Made by a program: the position numbers and the translations under genes. A DNA stretch of 64,000 nt, taken from a virus. The stretch is taken from IMG/VR virus record IMGVR_UViG_3300029922_000015, positions 85,935-149,934 of that record. One strand, 5' to 3'. A model generated the notes under the pieces. It saw only the letters and a list, made by a program, of their open reading frames with translations. It searched no databases and was not told the DNA's origin. This document shows, in pieces, positions 1 to 9,390 of this stretch. Positions within the stretch are counted from its first letter, which is position 1. Each line of letters begins with the position of its first letter.

Positions 1-450
1 GACATGTTCTTCTGAATGGCAATTTCTACACAATAAAATACATTTTTCCGCTTCTTCGATAACTTCTTCCCAAGGGGTATATAAATTACTCATCAATTGA
101 CTAATATTTTTATATTTATTATCTGGATTAACGTGATGAAAATCTAAAGCTTGAACGCATTTATTATATCCACATTTACAACATTTATCTCCAAATAACT
201 TAATTAAAAAACTTTTCCTTCTTTCTCTTTCTAGATGCGTTTTAATTTTAGTTTTGGGCGCTTTACTTCTTTGATACTCTTGTCGTTTTTTTCTATCGCT
301 AAAATTTTTGTCTAAATGATAAGCTACAAAATAACGAGGAAAATTTAATTCTTCGGATATTTCATTTATGGATTGATTAGGATGTTTTTTAACATAATTA
401 TCTATTATATCTTTTCTTTTATTAGCTTCTTCTATTGAAATTCTTTTCAT
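1..450 (-). CDS. HNH endonuclease (3' end runs off window)
   Basis: Translated manually, not in ORF track: MKRISIEEAN...GDKCCKCGYNKCVQALDFHHVNP...EKCILLCRNCHSEEH. Has CxxC, HH and CxxCH motifs typical of HNH nucleases. Confidence 0.85.
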   Translation of the reverse strand, partial: MKRISIEEANKRKDIIDNYVKKHPNQSINEISEELNFPRYFVAYHLDKNFSDRKKRQEYQRSKAPKTKIKTHLERERRKSFLIKLFGDKCCKCGYNKCVQALDFHHVNPDNKYKNISQLMSNLYTPWEEVIEEAEKCILLCRNCHSEEHV

Positions 451-457
451 AAATACT

Positions 458-464
458 ATTACAC
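458..464 (-). promoter_or_regulatory. GTGTAAT-class (putative late/phage-specific) promoter
   Basis: GTGTAAT 7 nt upstream of the ATG at 450; same spacing at 23921 and 31650. Confidence 0.55.
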
Positions 465-500
465 CATAATTTTAAAAAAATATGGAAATTGTTATGGTAT

Positions 501-875
501 TTATTGTATTTTATCAAGGTTCTTTAGCCAAAGGCTCCTTAATTCTAAAAATTGTGTGTGTTCCATGATATCTCCGTCCGAAAACCAGAGGAAATACCAA
601 TCTTTATCCGCAAATAAACCAATCGTTCTGTTTATAAATCCAATCATCTCTCTTTTATCTTCCAACATAAAAGGCTCGGTTTTAATTACCGGCTGAAACT
701 TCGGTCTTTGTGTTAAAACCGTTGTCCAATAAATGTTATGATGAAAAATCGCGCTGATATGAATAAAATACTTTGTGTCCTCTACTGTCATTCCTTTATT
801 TTCATATACCTCCGGCTTAAACTTAGATGCTAAATTTACAGCTTCAAATAAGGGAATAACTTGGTCATCGGTCAT
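501..875 (-). CDS. hypothetical protein
   Basis: 124-aa ORF abutting neighbours in the leftward operon. Confidence 0.7.
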   Translation of the reverse strand: MTDDQVIPLFEAVNLASKFKPEVYENKGMTVEDTKYFIHISAIFHHNIYWTTVLTQRPKFQPVIKTEPFMLEDKREMIGFINRTIGLFADKDWYFLWFSDGDIMEHTQFLELRSLWLKNLDKIQ

Positions 876-1319
876 TTAGCCTTTAAGACGATCTTCTCTA
901 TCTTTTTTAACTTCGTCCTTTACTTTTTCGTATGGTAGTTTTTGGTCATTACTATAGCCGGTTCTAATTTCTCTTAAATCGTCTAAAGAGGAAGGAAGTT
1001 TTCCTTCATTTATCATTTCTTGAGTTTCTAATAAACAAAGAAAATTCCAGACACAGGAAATGTCATGCCTTTCGTCTGTATCTCCGTTCAAATGTTTAAA
1101 AGCATGTCTCAATCCCGAATCTAAATAACGAGATAGCGGAATTCCTTTACGCCAATTTGCTTTAGAATATTTTTTGGCTCCAAGTTGGAAATGTTTCGCT
1201 ACTAGAGCTAGGGCTCTAGGAGGCAATAAACTATAGTCACCTTTTTCGGTATTTACATCGCGAACGGCTCCGGTTTCGAATTTTTGACGCTCTCCGCTAT
1301 CTTTAATAGAATATTCCAT
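876..1319 (-). CDS. dATP/dGTP diphosphohydrolase domain protein (DUF5664-like)
   Basis: DSGERQKFETGAVRD...KGDYSLLP...GAKKYSKANWRKGIP...DSGLRH signature. Confidence 0.85.
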   Translation of the reverse strand: MEYSIKDSGERQKFETGAVRDVNTEKGDYSLLPPRALALVAKHFQLGAKKYSKANWRKGIPLSRYLDSGLRHAFKHLNGDTDERHDISCVWNFLCLLETQEMINEGKLPSSLDDLREIRTGYSNDQKLPYEKVKDEVKKDREDRLKG

Positions 1320-1323
1320 ATTT

Positions 1324-1569
1324 TTATTTCCCGGTCGGTCTATTATTCAATCCTTTTTCGGTAAGAATTGCGGCTAAATCATCTACGTGTAAACAATCAC
1401 ATATACAGGCCGCTTGGTTCTGTGCGGGAATAGCAATTGCTCCATTACAATAATCGTTTCCCGGGATAGCATCATGCAATACTCCAAATGAAGTAATTTT
1501 TCCGTTAGAAAAATCTAACTGTACGATCTTATCCCCATTCTTAGCTTCCCGTCCATTTCTATAATGCAT
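1324..1569 (-). CDS. phage hypothetical protein
   Basis: MHYRNGREAKNGDKIV...CDCLHVDD, 81 aa. Confidence 0.7.
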   Translation of the reverse strand: MHYRNGREAKNGDKIVQLDFSNGKITSFGVLHDAIPGNDYCNGAIAIPAQNQAACICDCLHVDDLAAILTEKGLNNRPTGK

Positions 1570-1597
1570 ATTTTCCTTTGGTTTAATTATCTTTCCT

Positions 1598-2242
1598 TTA
1601 ATTTTTTGCCCCCGCTAGTCTTTGGGCTTCACGATCCGCGTCTCTAAATTTCAATCCTTGTTCGTCTCCTGCGCGATAAGAAGTCAAAGAATCATTTATA
1701 GCATTATAAGAGCAAGAAACTCCACTAGCATTTGCAGCAAATGTCATGGCATTAGCTGTATTGATATTTAAGCTTCTAGCAACCAAGAAGGAATCTTGAT
1801 TTGCGCCCAAGAATACAAATTGCCAATTATATTTTTCTTGTTGAAGCTTGATCATCTCGGCTATTTGTTCTCTTCGGAATTCCTTAGAAGAATTCTCACC
1901 ACCATCGGTAATAACCAAAATAAGAACTCGCGCGGGGCGTTTATTCTCTGGAAGCTTGGACAAACGTTCTCCAACGTTATTGATGGTCTTACCAAGGGCG
2001 TCGTACAAAGCCGTCCAACCACGAGGAACAAGATTTAAATTAGGAACTAACGCTAAAGGTCTATTCTCATATTCAACATCATAACGATCATCAAATTGAT
2101 AAAGATTTACCAAAACTTCGTCTGTTTTTACTTTGCGTTGTTCGGAAATAAAAGTATTAAATCCTCCCTCCATATCCGTTCTAATACTAGACATAGAACC
2201 AGAACGATCCAAGACTACACTGACTAATGTTTCATTTTTCAT
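1598..2242 (-). CDS. von Willebrand factor A (vWA) domain protein
   Basis: MIDAS motif LDRSGSM, TALYDA, ITDGGENSS, WQFVFLGAN. Confidence 0.92.
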   Translation of the reverse strand: MKNETLVSVVLDRSGSMSSIRTDMEGGFNTFISEQRKVKTDEVLVNLYQFDDRYDVEYENRPLALVPNLNLVPRGWTALYDALGKTINNVGERLSKLPENKRPARVLILVITDGGENSSKEFRREQIAEMIKLQQEKYNWQFVFLGANQDSFLVARSLNINTANAMTFAANASGVSCSYNAINDSLTSYRAGDEQGLKFRDADREAQRLAGAKN

Positions 2243-2243
2243 A

Positions 2244-2522
2244 TTAAAACTCGCAAGGTTGATTTTTATCTTTATTCTGCCATCTTAAAACACATCCATT
2301 TTGTCCAACTGTAGGGACGCAATGAACAACGTTATTTTTATCTAAAATTCTATGGGTGGTTCCCGATCCACGGCGAATAAATAATTTTAAAGGATTATCA
2401 ATTCTATAAGTTCTACCTCCAAAATCATATTCACGCCATGCCTCTGTTCTTAGGTCAAATTCATCCAAAGAAGTCTCGGGACGAACGACTACTAATTTAT
2501 TATTTTCTGTTTTGGTGCTCAT
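2244..2522 (-). CDS. hypothetical protein
   Basis: 92-aa ORF coupled to neighbours. Confidence 0.7.
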   Translation of the reverse strand: MSTKTENNKLVVVRPETSLDEFDLRTEAWREYDFGGRTYRIDNPLKLFIRRGSGTTHRILDKNNVVHCVPTVGQNGCVLRWQNKDKNQPCEF

Positions 2523-3247
2523 TTCTTTGCTTTCTTGTCTATTCTTCCAATTAAATCCAAAGCTTTAGCTAATGGAATGTCTATCAAAGATTCCCATTCT
2601 TCCGCGCTTTTATCACTTTTAACACAGGTTTTTTTTACCGTCTCAAAATCAAGATCAGCCGCTTGCATTGATCTTTGAAGTTGGGCGTGAACTGAAACAT
2701 TGCCCGCATCGACGGGTTTTTCTTCTTGGGGAATGGGCTTACTAGAAATTTCATCGCTACCAACGATATTAATTCCCAAGAAATTTCTGACCGCACGAAC
2801 GAAGGCGCGGTTGATTGCTATGGTAGTTAAAAAGGATTTACCGAATCCGGTTGTGTTTTCGATTGTGGCATCCGCACCGTCACCAAAAATAATGGATCGA
2901 TTTTCTGTCTCGAAATTAGGAATCCATTCGATATGACAGGTAGCTGAGACGGCTCGTTCGCTCGCAGGAATTACCTTGTATTCGACAGAATGGAATCCGC
3001 GCAATCGGGCTAGCTCTTTGATTCCGCCCAACAAAATAAGAAGATATTTGTCATCTACTTCGGTTATAGATAACTCGGTTAATGGCTTTCCGTAAGTTTT
3101 TTCAATTTGCTCTTGATTTCCAACGTTAAAAACTAAAAATTCCGGTCGAATCATTTTTCGCCAGTTAATTCGGCCAAACTCATCGTAAATATATTGAACT
3201 CCATCTAGGAGTCCTAAACCGTCTCTAATGATTTCTTTTGCGGCCAT
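2519..3247 (-). CDS. phage protein, possibly ssDNA-annealing/recombination protein
   Basis: 242 aa; GIKELARLRGF and TIAINRAFVRAVRNFLGI loosely resemble Rad52/ERF-like cores; predicted leaderless promoter at 3282. Confidence 0.4.
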   Translation of the reverse strand: MAAKEIIRDGLGLLDGVQYIYDEFGRINWRKMIRPEFLVFNVGNQEQIEKTYGKPLTELSITEVDDKYLLILLGGIKELARLRGFHSVEYKVIPASERAVSATCHIEWIPNFETENRSIIFGDGADATIENTTGFGKSFLTTIAINRAFVRAVRNFLGINIVGSDEISSKPIPQEEKPVDAGNVSVHAQLQRSMQAADLDFETVKKTCVKSDKSAEEWESLIDIPLAKALDLIGRIDKKAKK

Positions 3248-3292
3248 ATAAACATCATACGAGTTTTTGATCGCAAAGTCAAATATAAATAA

Positions 3293-3676
3293 TTACTTTT
3301 TTAAAGTGTTCTGAACAATAATAATTAAATTTTGAATGTCTCGTTCTTTCAAATTTAAAGGATCAACTAAAAGTTCATCGTTTTTGTATTGAGTGGCTAG
3401 TTCATTCATTATTTCGCAAATTGCCTCAACAGTAGGTTTCGATACAAGAACGTTTTGAGTATAATTACCGAGAGGTTGGACAAGGATAAACCAATCGCCG
3501 GATTGTCTAACGATATCCTGCTTAATTAAATCCTCCAAAGCAAGGAGGATGATGGATTGGTCTAGTTCGGGATTCGAGGACACTAAAACAATGTTCTTAA
3601 AATTATCTTTGATATTGAAAGCGTTATTCCTTACAAAAAAAAGAAATAGCAGACCTTTAGCTTCAAGAATAGTCAT
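3293..3676 (-). CDS. hypothetical protein
   Basis: 127 aa; TAGACA-17-TATAAT-6-ATG promoter. Confidence 0.7.
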   Translation of the reverse strand: MTILEAKGLLFLFFVRNNAFNIKDNFKNIVLVSSNPELDQSIILLALEDLIKQDIVRQSGDWFILVQPLGNYTQNVLVSKPTVEAICEIMNELATQYKNDELLVDPLNLKERDIQNLIIIVQNTLKK

Positions 3677-3715
3677 CTATAGATTATATGAAATCTATAG
3701 GATATTGTCTACTAT

Positions 3716-4612
3716 TTAAGGATTTACCGCATTAACGAGATTGCCCCAATTTATAGGCTGATTAATAACATACGAACCTATCGGGTTTATCGTATTAGCA
3801 ACGGTATTAGGAATAACCGATTGCGGATCAATAGAAGTACCCTGACCGCCAAAGACGGCGGTATAGGGGCAAGCCACGTTATCGGCTGGTTCTGATTGAA
3901 ATTCTTGCTCGAATTCCATTTCAGGAGGGGAATTGTCGTCTTCGTCGCGCAAAGCGGATAAACGATTTTCGAAAGCCGTTCGAGATAGCAATAAGGCTTG
4001 ATAGCGCAACGAACCTCTCGGTTCATTATCCATGAAACAGCTAATATGATCAATAATTGTCTCTAGGTAAGAAGGAATTCTGTCTGACGTAGGGCAATTA
4101 TCCATAGCTATTACCGTATTCGCAATTAAACGATTTTGATCGCCATCAAATCCGGTTGAAGAATCCCATTGCACTTCTTCGCGAATAGGCGCGGGAACAT
4201 AGGTTGGAAGCGCATCTATAGAACCCAAAATACTCCTAACTCGGGGACTGCGAAGCCGTGGAGTTTCCATAGGAGGCGACAAATTTTTATTTTCAAGGGA
4301 ATCCAAGGCTATACGTTGTCTCTTAAGAGATTCCTCGATATTTTTAGGCTCAAATTTTTTTCGGAGCATGGAGAGAAAAATTTCGTTCTCTTTAACAAAA
4401 ATGGAACTAACAAAATAAACGTAATTGTTACGAGTATGTTTGATAATCTGATTGAGGATAACCGCATTGCCATCGATTAATCCAATAATGTCATCTTTTC
4501 TAGACTTCTTTATACAAAGAAATTGATGATCGGAAACTAACTTAAACAGAAAACTATCGGGCTTCTTTTCGAGCAATTGAAATCGAAAAGGTTCAATTAC
4601 AAAATCTTTCAT
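3716..4612 (-). CDS. hypothetical protein with low-complexity acidic C-terminus
   Basis: ORF 3716..4621; start moved to ATG 4612 because the promoter TTGACA(4649)-17-TATAAA overlaps the 4621 ATG. Confidence 0.65.
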   Translation of the reverse strand: MKDFVIEPFRFQLLEKKPDSFLFKLVSDHQFLCIKKSRKDDIIGLIDGNAVILNQIIKHTRNNYVYFVSSIFVKENEIFLSMLRKKFEPKNIEESLKRQRIALDSLENKNLSPPMETPRLRSPRVRSILGSIDALPTYVPAPIREEVQWDSSTGFDGDQNRLIANTVIAMDNCPTSDRIPSYLETIIDHISCFMDNEPRGSLRYQALLLSRTAFENRLSALRDEDDNSPPEMEFEQEFQSEPADNVACPYTAVFGGQGTSIDPQSVIPNTVANTINPIGSYVINQPINWGNLVNAVNP

Positions 4613-4649
4613 TGTCTGCATTTATACCACAGGATTAGGGATTTGTCAA

Positions 4650-4862
4650 TCATTTTCTAAGTCTGACCATCGTGCCATTACTGATTGTGTAGTTGAGGGA
4701 TAACAGTTTCCACGTTTCCCCACGATCTTCGCTCCATTCACCTTTAATGCCCGTGCCTGATTCAGAAACGCGGACTACTTCTAAATTGCGCATGAATAAA
4801 AGCTCGGGAATCTCGAATTTATCTCCGATACTCAAACAACAAAGAGGAAAAATTTTAGACAT
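4650..4862 (-). CDS. hypothetical protein
   Basis: 70-aa ORF. Confidence 0.6.
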   Translation of the reverse strand: MSKIFPLCCLSIGDKFEIPELLFMRNLEVVRVSESGTGIKGEWSEDRGETWKLLSLNYTISNGTMVRLRK

Positions 4863-4899
4863 AAAAAAATAAGGGCAACGTATTTCTCGTTACCCTTAT
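4863..4899 (-). terminator. rho-independent terminator
   Basis: ataagggcaacg/cgttacccttat stem with A7 tract (U-tract on the minus strand), downstream of 4919..5140. Confidence 0.75.
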
Positions 4900-4918
4900 C
4901 ATTTGATAATCCTAAGCT

Positions 4919-5140
4919 TTAGATTGTGCTAAAAAGCTTGGATGGTCTACCTTTATCGTTCTTGCGTAAACCGCTAACTCGCAAAGTATTTTGCTCTAGT
5001 TTTTGATTTACCTTGAATTGTAAGGTGACGCGACTGACATTTGGATTGAGTAGTTCCAGTTCAGTGATGCCAAATTCTCCGCTAACCGGGAATGAGACAT
5101 CCTTTGATGGGCGACCTACTCTTTTAATTGAGTCTGACAT
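4919..5140 (-). CDS. small DNA-binding protein (winged-helix-like with two GRP AT-hook-like motifs)
   Basis: KRVGRPSK ... VSRVTLQFKV ... KGRPSKLF. Confidence 0.55.
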   Translation of the reverse strand: MSDSIKRVGRPSKDVSFPVSGEFGITELELLNPNVSRVTLQFKVNQKLEQNTLRVSGLRKNDKGRPSKLFSTI

Positions 5141-5235
5141 ATTTTTGACCTTTCTGGTTATTTAACGAATAGCAAGTGTATTCGTTTTTGATCGAAAAGT
5201 CAATAACTTTTTACAGTATTTGTGTATTAGGTGTT

Positions 5236-5472
5236 TTAAGCATAAGGATTATTATTTACATCCACTAACCTTGTCCGCTTGATATGCGGCCCAAAAGGAG
5301 AAAGGGCCGGAATACGAATTCGTGCAATTTTACCTTCTGCTTCTAGCCGTTTGACAATACGAGTCACATCTTCTCCGAAGATATAAATACGTTTTCCCGA
5401 AATACGCATTCGCTCTAAACTGGCAAGAACCGAAAGACGGTGTGTATGAAATCTGTTTTTACGCTGGCTCAT
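5236..5472 (-). CDS. basic hypothetical protein
   Basis: 78-aa Arg-rich ORF. Confidence 0.6.
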   Translation of the reverse strand: MSQRKNRFHTHRLSVLASLERMRISGKRIYIFGEDVTRIVKRLEAEGKIARIRIPALSPFGPHIKRTRLVDVNNNPYA

Positions 5473-5476
5473 ATTT

Positions 5477-5743
5477 TTAAACGCCCTGCAAAAAATCCTC
5501 CCCTGTTAGAAATCCCATAGGAGCGATAACCTGCATAACGTCTTTAGAATCCATTCCGTAAAATAAGATGATATCCTTATAATCGCCGACATATTCCCGC
5601 GCGTCTTTTTTTGCCGCTTCAAGAGTTTTAAATCTATCTTTTCCAAAACAACCGACTTCATCGACGGTGACGTTTTCGGGCGCGTGTGAATCAAAAGTGA
5701 TATAATAACCAAAATGGAGTATCTTAAGAGTAATGGGAGTCAT
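5477..5743 (-). CDS. hypothetical protein
   Basis: Start re-assigned to ATG 5743, downstream of a TTGACA-17-TATGAT promoter. Confidence 0.6.
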   Translation of the reverse strand: MTPITLKILHFGYYITFDSHAPENVTVDEVGCFGKDRFKTLEAAKKDAREYVGDYKDIILFYGMDSKDVMQVIAPMGFLTGEDFLQGV

Positions 5744-5799
5744 ACTTTCTTTCATCATAAGGGATATTATCTTTATTGTCAAGAAAAACTTAATCACCT

Positions 5800-6052
5800 C
5801 AATTATCCTCAACCTCTTTCTCCGCAAAACCCCCACCCCTTAAAACCTTGTAACATACTGAACAAGAAGGCTTTATGGTTTAATGTGGAGGCAACCTTAG
5901 ACATTTAGTATTTATCCTCGCTGCCTAATTTAACCCAAACGAGTTGCGATGTTCTCAGCGTCGCTTACGGCTTCTCAGTTCCGGTTTAATCGCTGTTTCG
6001 GGGCTCGCGCCTCACCGATACCCTTTGTTGGTCTGAGGAGGGTAGAAATCAG
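5800..6052 (-). ncRNA. candidate structured ncRNA/leader at the divergent junction
   Basis: TAGATG-17-TACAAT promoter (6087-6059), no credible ORF, possible pseudoknot and two CTGAGAA loops. Confidence 0.35.
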
Positions 6053-6147
6053 TATCTAATTGTATGTTTCCGAAGTCATTTCATCTACTTTTTTAAATCC
6101 GCGAACGATTTAGTGGACTTTTTACCCCTTTAAATGTATCATGTAAT

Positions 6148-6432
6148 ATGACACCAAGCTTACACGACATAGTTCGAGATATTGTTCACTCTATCGCCAT
6201 GATGGCCGTTCTGGCGCTCGTGTGCTCCCCTTTCTTGTGGACTCTTTGGAATAACATCCTTGTTTCCAAATTTCCGATTGGCTCAATTCAACCCATTTCT
6301 TTCCTCGACGGCTTCTCGATTAACTTTTTAGTTAATATACTTTGGTATCTAAAACTACAAAAACGGGATGTTATTATCGCGAATTCTGCGATACCAGAGG
6401 GAGAAGATGACAAAGAGCGAGAAAATTCATAA
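6148..6432 (+). CDS. membrane protein
   Basis: Two hydrophobic segments; TGGACT-17-TATCAT promoter. Confidence 0.65.
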   Translation: MTPSLHDIVRDIVHSIAMMAVLALVCSPFLWTLWNNILVSKFPIGSIQPISFLDGFSINFLVNILWYLKLQKRDVIIANSAIPEGEDDKERENS

Positions 6433-6477
6433 AAATCTCCTTGACTTTCGCCTCATCTTCTGTTAAGCTGGGAGAAG

Positions 6478-6993
6478 ATGAACATTTTCGCCGTAGCCGA
6501 TCAACCCGAAATTGCGGCTAACCAGCTATGTCTTAAGCATGTTTGCAAAATGGTTGTGGAAAGCACCCAAATGCTTTGCTCGGCTTTTCCTGAAAATACG
6601 CCAAACCTTCCTTATGCAAGGACACATTATAATCATCCTTGCGCGGTTTGGACACGTCAAACCTTGGGTAATTTTAATTGGTTAATGATTCATGCCATGC
6701 ATTTAGCTGATCGATTCGCTCGTGTTTATAATCACCAGCATAAATGTAAAGAAATGCTTTTTTCTTTGTCGAGCATCGCGAACAATCTAGATCGGAGTAT
6801 TCTTGTTAATAGGGAGAAAACGCCCTTTCCATTAGTTATGCCAGATAGATATAAAATTCCCCTTAATAGAATCGCTTCTTATAGGAATTATTATATTCAC
6901 GAGAAAGCGTCTTTTGCGAAGTGGGAATCCCTAGAGAGAATTCCTCCGTGGTGGCCGTTCAGAACTAACGCTTTTGTAAGGATTTCCAGATAA
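6478..6993 (+). CDS. pyrimidine dimer DNA glycosylase (endonuclease V-like family)
   Basis: MNIF...CLKHVCKMVVESTQML...THYNHPCAVWTRQTLGNFNWL...YRNYYIHEK. Confidence 0.8.
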   Translation: MNIFAVADQPEIAANQLCLKHVCKMVVESTQMLCSAFPENTPNLPYARTHYNHPCAVWTRQTLGNFNWLMIHAMHLADRFARVYNHQHKCKEMLFSLSSIANNLDRSILVNREKTPFPLVMPDRYKIPLNRIASYRNYYIHEKASFAKWESLERIPPWWPFRTNAFVRISR

Positions 6994-7345
6994 AGTATTA
7001 ACGAATAAATGAAGTCCGTAAAACTTCGGCTCTGCGGAGCTAGTTAGTTTATTATTTGGGAAATAAATAGAGAGAAAATAAATGCACAAAAATGGAGTTC
7101 TTTAAAGGAAAAACCGTATTGCCTCTCTTCCTGAAAGGTAAGAAACCGCGCCATTAAAGCATTCAGTTAAGCTTGTGTGACCTTAACAGGAAACAAAAAA
7201 GATAATCTGTCGGATCGTTTCTCCGATATTTTGTTACAAGCGAAACTGTAAAAGTATTTCTACGCGCCCCATGCGTTAATTGAGGGATTTAGCTCGCGTA
7301 GCTATGGTCTGATAGTTGATTGAACCCTCCTATCAGACCAATCAA
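6994..7345 (+). ncRNA. candidate structured ncRNA
   Basis: 350-nt ORF-free gap with many hairpins, ending in an 11-bp stem tggtctgatag/ctatcagacca. Confidence 0.4.
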
Positions 7346-7350
7346 TTTTC

Positions 7351-7379
7351 TTGACAGGAGATAAATCAGATGGTAATAT
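7351..7379 (+). promoter_or_regulatory. sigma70-like early promoter, predicted leaderless (representative of at least 29)
   Basis: TTGACA-ggagataAATCagatgg-TAATAT-6 nt-ATG. Confidence 0.85.
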
Positions 7380-7385
7380 TAAAAT

Positions 7386-7886
7386 ATGAAGAATTTTGTC
7401 GATATACGTCGTAGCTTTGGAGAGGTGATAGTTACGGCTTGTCTTCCTAGCTTGGAAGATTTTGTCAAACAAGTAAGCAAAGATGATGTTGAGAATGTAT
7501 TAGATCATTGCGATACGGCGGCTCGCGCTAAGTTTTATTCGCCCGCTTTGAATTATAGTTATCGTTTTGATTATAATCGAATTTTTGGAGATTTAGGTCA
7601 ACGTATAGAAAGAGAGGGATGGTTGCGCCCTCGCTATCAATGGGGCGATGTGACTCTGTGTAACGAAGAGACGTTTAATGTTGTGCCTTTTGTTAGTCGC
7701 GGCATTGGAAAGGAACAAAAACTTAAGTTTCTAGGAGTATATTCCGAAGAGGATTTAACTCGACTGTCGAAATCTTTAAAAGCTGTTATTGAATTTGCTC
7801 GCGACTATCGCCGGGAAATAACAATTCGTTGCGAAGTTGGAGATGAAAAAGAAGAAGACAGCAAGGCGATAGAAATTCAGATTTAG
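7386..7886 (+). CDS. amidoligase-associated hypothetical protein (partner family, copy 1)
   Basis: FVSRGIGKEQKLKFLGVYS aligns with LMSRGISEKKQFLIPGMFS of 12958..13476. Confidence 0.7.
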   Translation: MKNFVDIRRSFGEVIVTACLPSLEDFVKQVSKDDVENVLDHCDTAARAKFYSPALNYSYRFDYNRIFGDLGQRIEREGWLRPRYQWGDVTLCNEETFNVVPFVSRGIGKEQKLKFLGVYSEEDLTRLSKSLKAVIEFARDYRREITIRCEVGDEKEEDSKAIEIQI

Positions 7887-7887
7887 C

Positions 7888-8559
7888 ATGAAATATATTT
7901 CTAAAATTGGCCTTGAAATCGAGGGAGGATGGTTTTCGACTGAAGACAAGCCGGAAAGTCTTACAAGCTGGCATCACGACGATAGCGTTCGTAACATCCG
8001 CAAAACCCAAAACGGAGTTCCTATTCGTTTTATTGGCGAGGCGGTTTCTATACCCCTCGCGAATTTGAGCGCAGTCCACGAATGGATTAACATTTATTGG
8101 CCCGACCGTAAAAATAAGAGTTGTGGTTTTCACATTCATACTTCGTTCGTTGATCCTAAATTTTATTGGTATCTTGTTAATGAGGATTTTTATATTCAAT
8201 TTTATAAGAAAATGAAAGCGGTAGGCAATAAGCTTCACCTGTCCGCTCATTTCTTTGATAGATTAATGGGCAAGAATGTTCACTGTCAGAAATTATTCAA
8301 GGGCCGCGAACAACTTTACGCTCTAACCAAAACAAATAATCGGTATTCTCAGCTTAATTATTGCTACTCCTTGCACGGCACACTCGAAAATCGTTTGCCT
8401 TGCGCCATTCTTCCCATAAGGAAGGCTCAGCAATACGTTGATGAGTATATTCAATTTATCGAAAATTATTTAGAGGCTCATCCTAAACCCGAGATTACCG
8501 AGTTTAATTGGGAAACAAAAGTTGAAGTCGAAGATGAAAATGAGAAAATTTTGTCTTGA
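7888..8559 (+). CDS. putative amidoligase (COOH-NH2 ligase, Amidoligase_2-like) 1
   Basis: GLEIEG, HDDSV, GEAVS, CGFHIH, RYSQLN, GTLENR motifs. Confidence 0.85.
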   Translation: MKYISKIGLEIEGGWFSTEDKPESLTSWHHDDSVRNIRKTQNGVPIRFIGEAVSIPLANLSAVHEWINIYWPDRKNKSCGFHIHTSFVDPKFYWYLVNEDFYIQFYKKMKAVGNKLHLSAHFFDRLMGKNVHCQKLFKGREQLYALTKTNNRYSQLNYCYSLHGTLENRLPCAILPIRKAQQYVDEYIQFIENYLEAHPKPEITEFNWETKVEVEDENEKILS

Positions 8560-8596
8560 CAATTAACGAAACAAGTGATATAATCTTAAAAAATCT

Positions 8597-9301
8597 ATGT
8601 GCCTCATTATTTATTCAAAAAGCGGTCGTCCTAAGCAAGAGTATATCGAAAATGGAGAAGCCTCCAATGACGATGGAACGGGTATCGCGTGGATTGAAAA
8701 TGGTTACTTGCGATATATCAAAGGAATCGATTTGAAGGAAACGATTAAGCTTTCTCAAGAATTGCCGCTAGGATATATTATACATTTTCGGATGGCCTCC
8801 ATTGGTGGAGTAGACCCACAACTTATTCATCCCTTTCCTGTGAATGTACACGTTCCTTTGCAACAAAAGGGCAAAGCTAACAAACTATTGTTTCATAACG
8901 GACATTGGCATTCGTGGAAACAACATTTGATGGATCATCTCAGCCCTAAAGTTATTCTTCCAGAGGGTAAATGGAGCGATACGCGGGCGATTGCTCTTTT
9001 GACGGCGATTCACGGAAAGAACTTTTTGCGGACTATTGCCGACGGACAAGCCGGATGGGCGGGTAAATTCGCTTTGATGACGCCTAGCAAAACTACTTTA
9101 ATCGGTCGTTGGGAAGAAGAAGAAGGAGTATTTTATTCCAATGCTAATTATAAATGGAGCTATCATCGCTCTAATTATAATTATTCTGGATCGGCTAGCG
9201 ATCATAGTTATCACAACGGACTTCGCACGACCCACCAAGATCGTAGTTTATCGCCTCACTCTCAAAGAGAGGCGGAATATTTGCAAGGATATGATCATTA
9301 A
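8597..9301 (+). CDS. class II glutamine amidotransferase (Ntn hydrolase)
   Basis: N-terminal Cys (MCLII), NDDGTGIAW, HFRMASIG, HPF, FHNG, SDT. Confidence 0.9.
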   Translation: MCLIIYSKSGRPKQEYIENGEASNDDGTGIAWIENGYLRYIKGIDLKETIKLSQELPLGYIIHFRMASIGGVDPQLIHPFPVNVHVPLQQKGKANKLLFHNGHWHSWKQHLMDHLSPKVILPEGKWSDTRAIALLTAIHGKNFLRTIADGQAGWAGKFALMTPSKTTLIGRWEEEEGVFYSNANYKWSYHRSNYNYSGSASDHSYHNGLRTTHQDRSLSPHSQREAEYLQGYDH

Positions 9302-9390
9302 AAAAGATCAAAAAGTTCTTGACAAAATGAGCAATAAGTAGTATTATTGTTCAAGTCAGAAAACCAAACAAACAAAAAAGAAAGGCCAAA

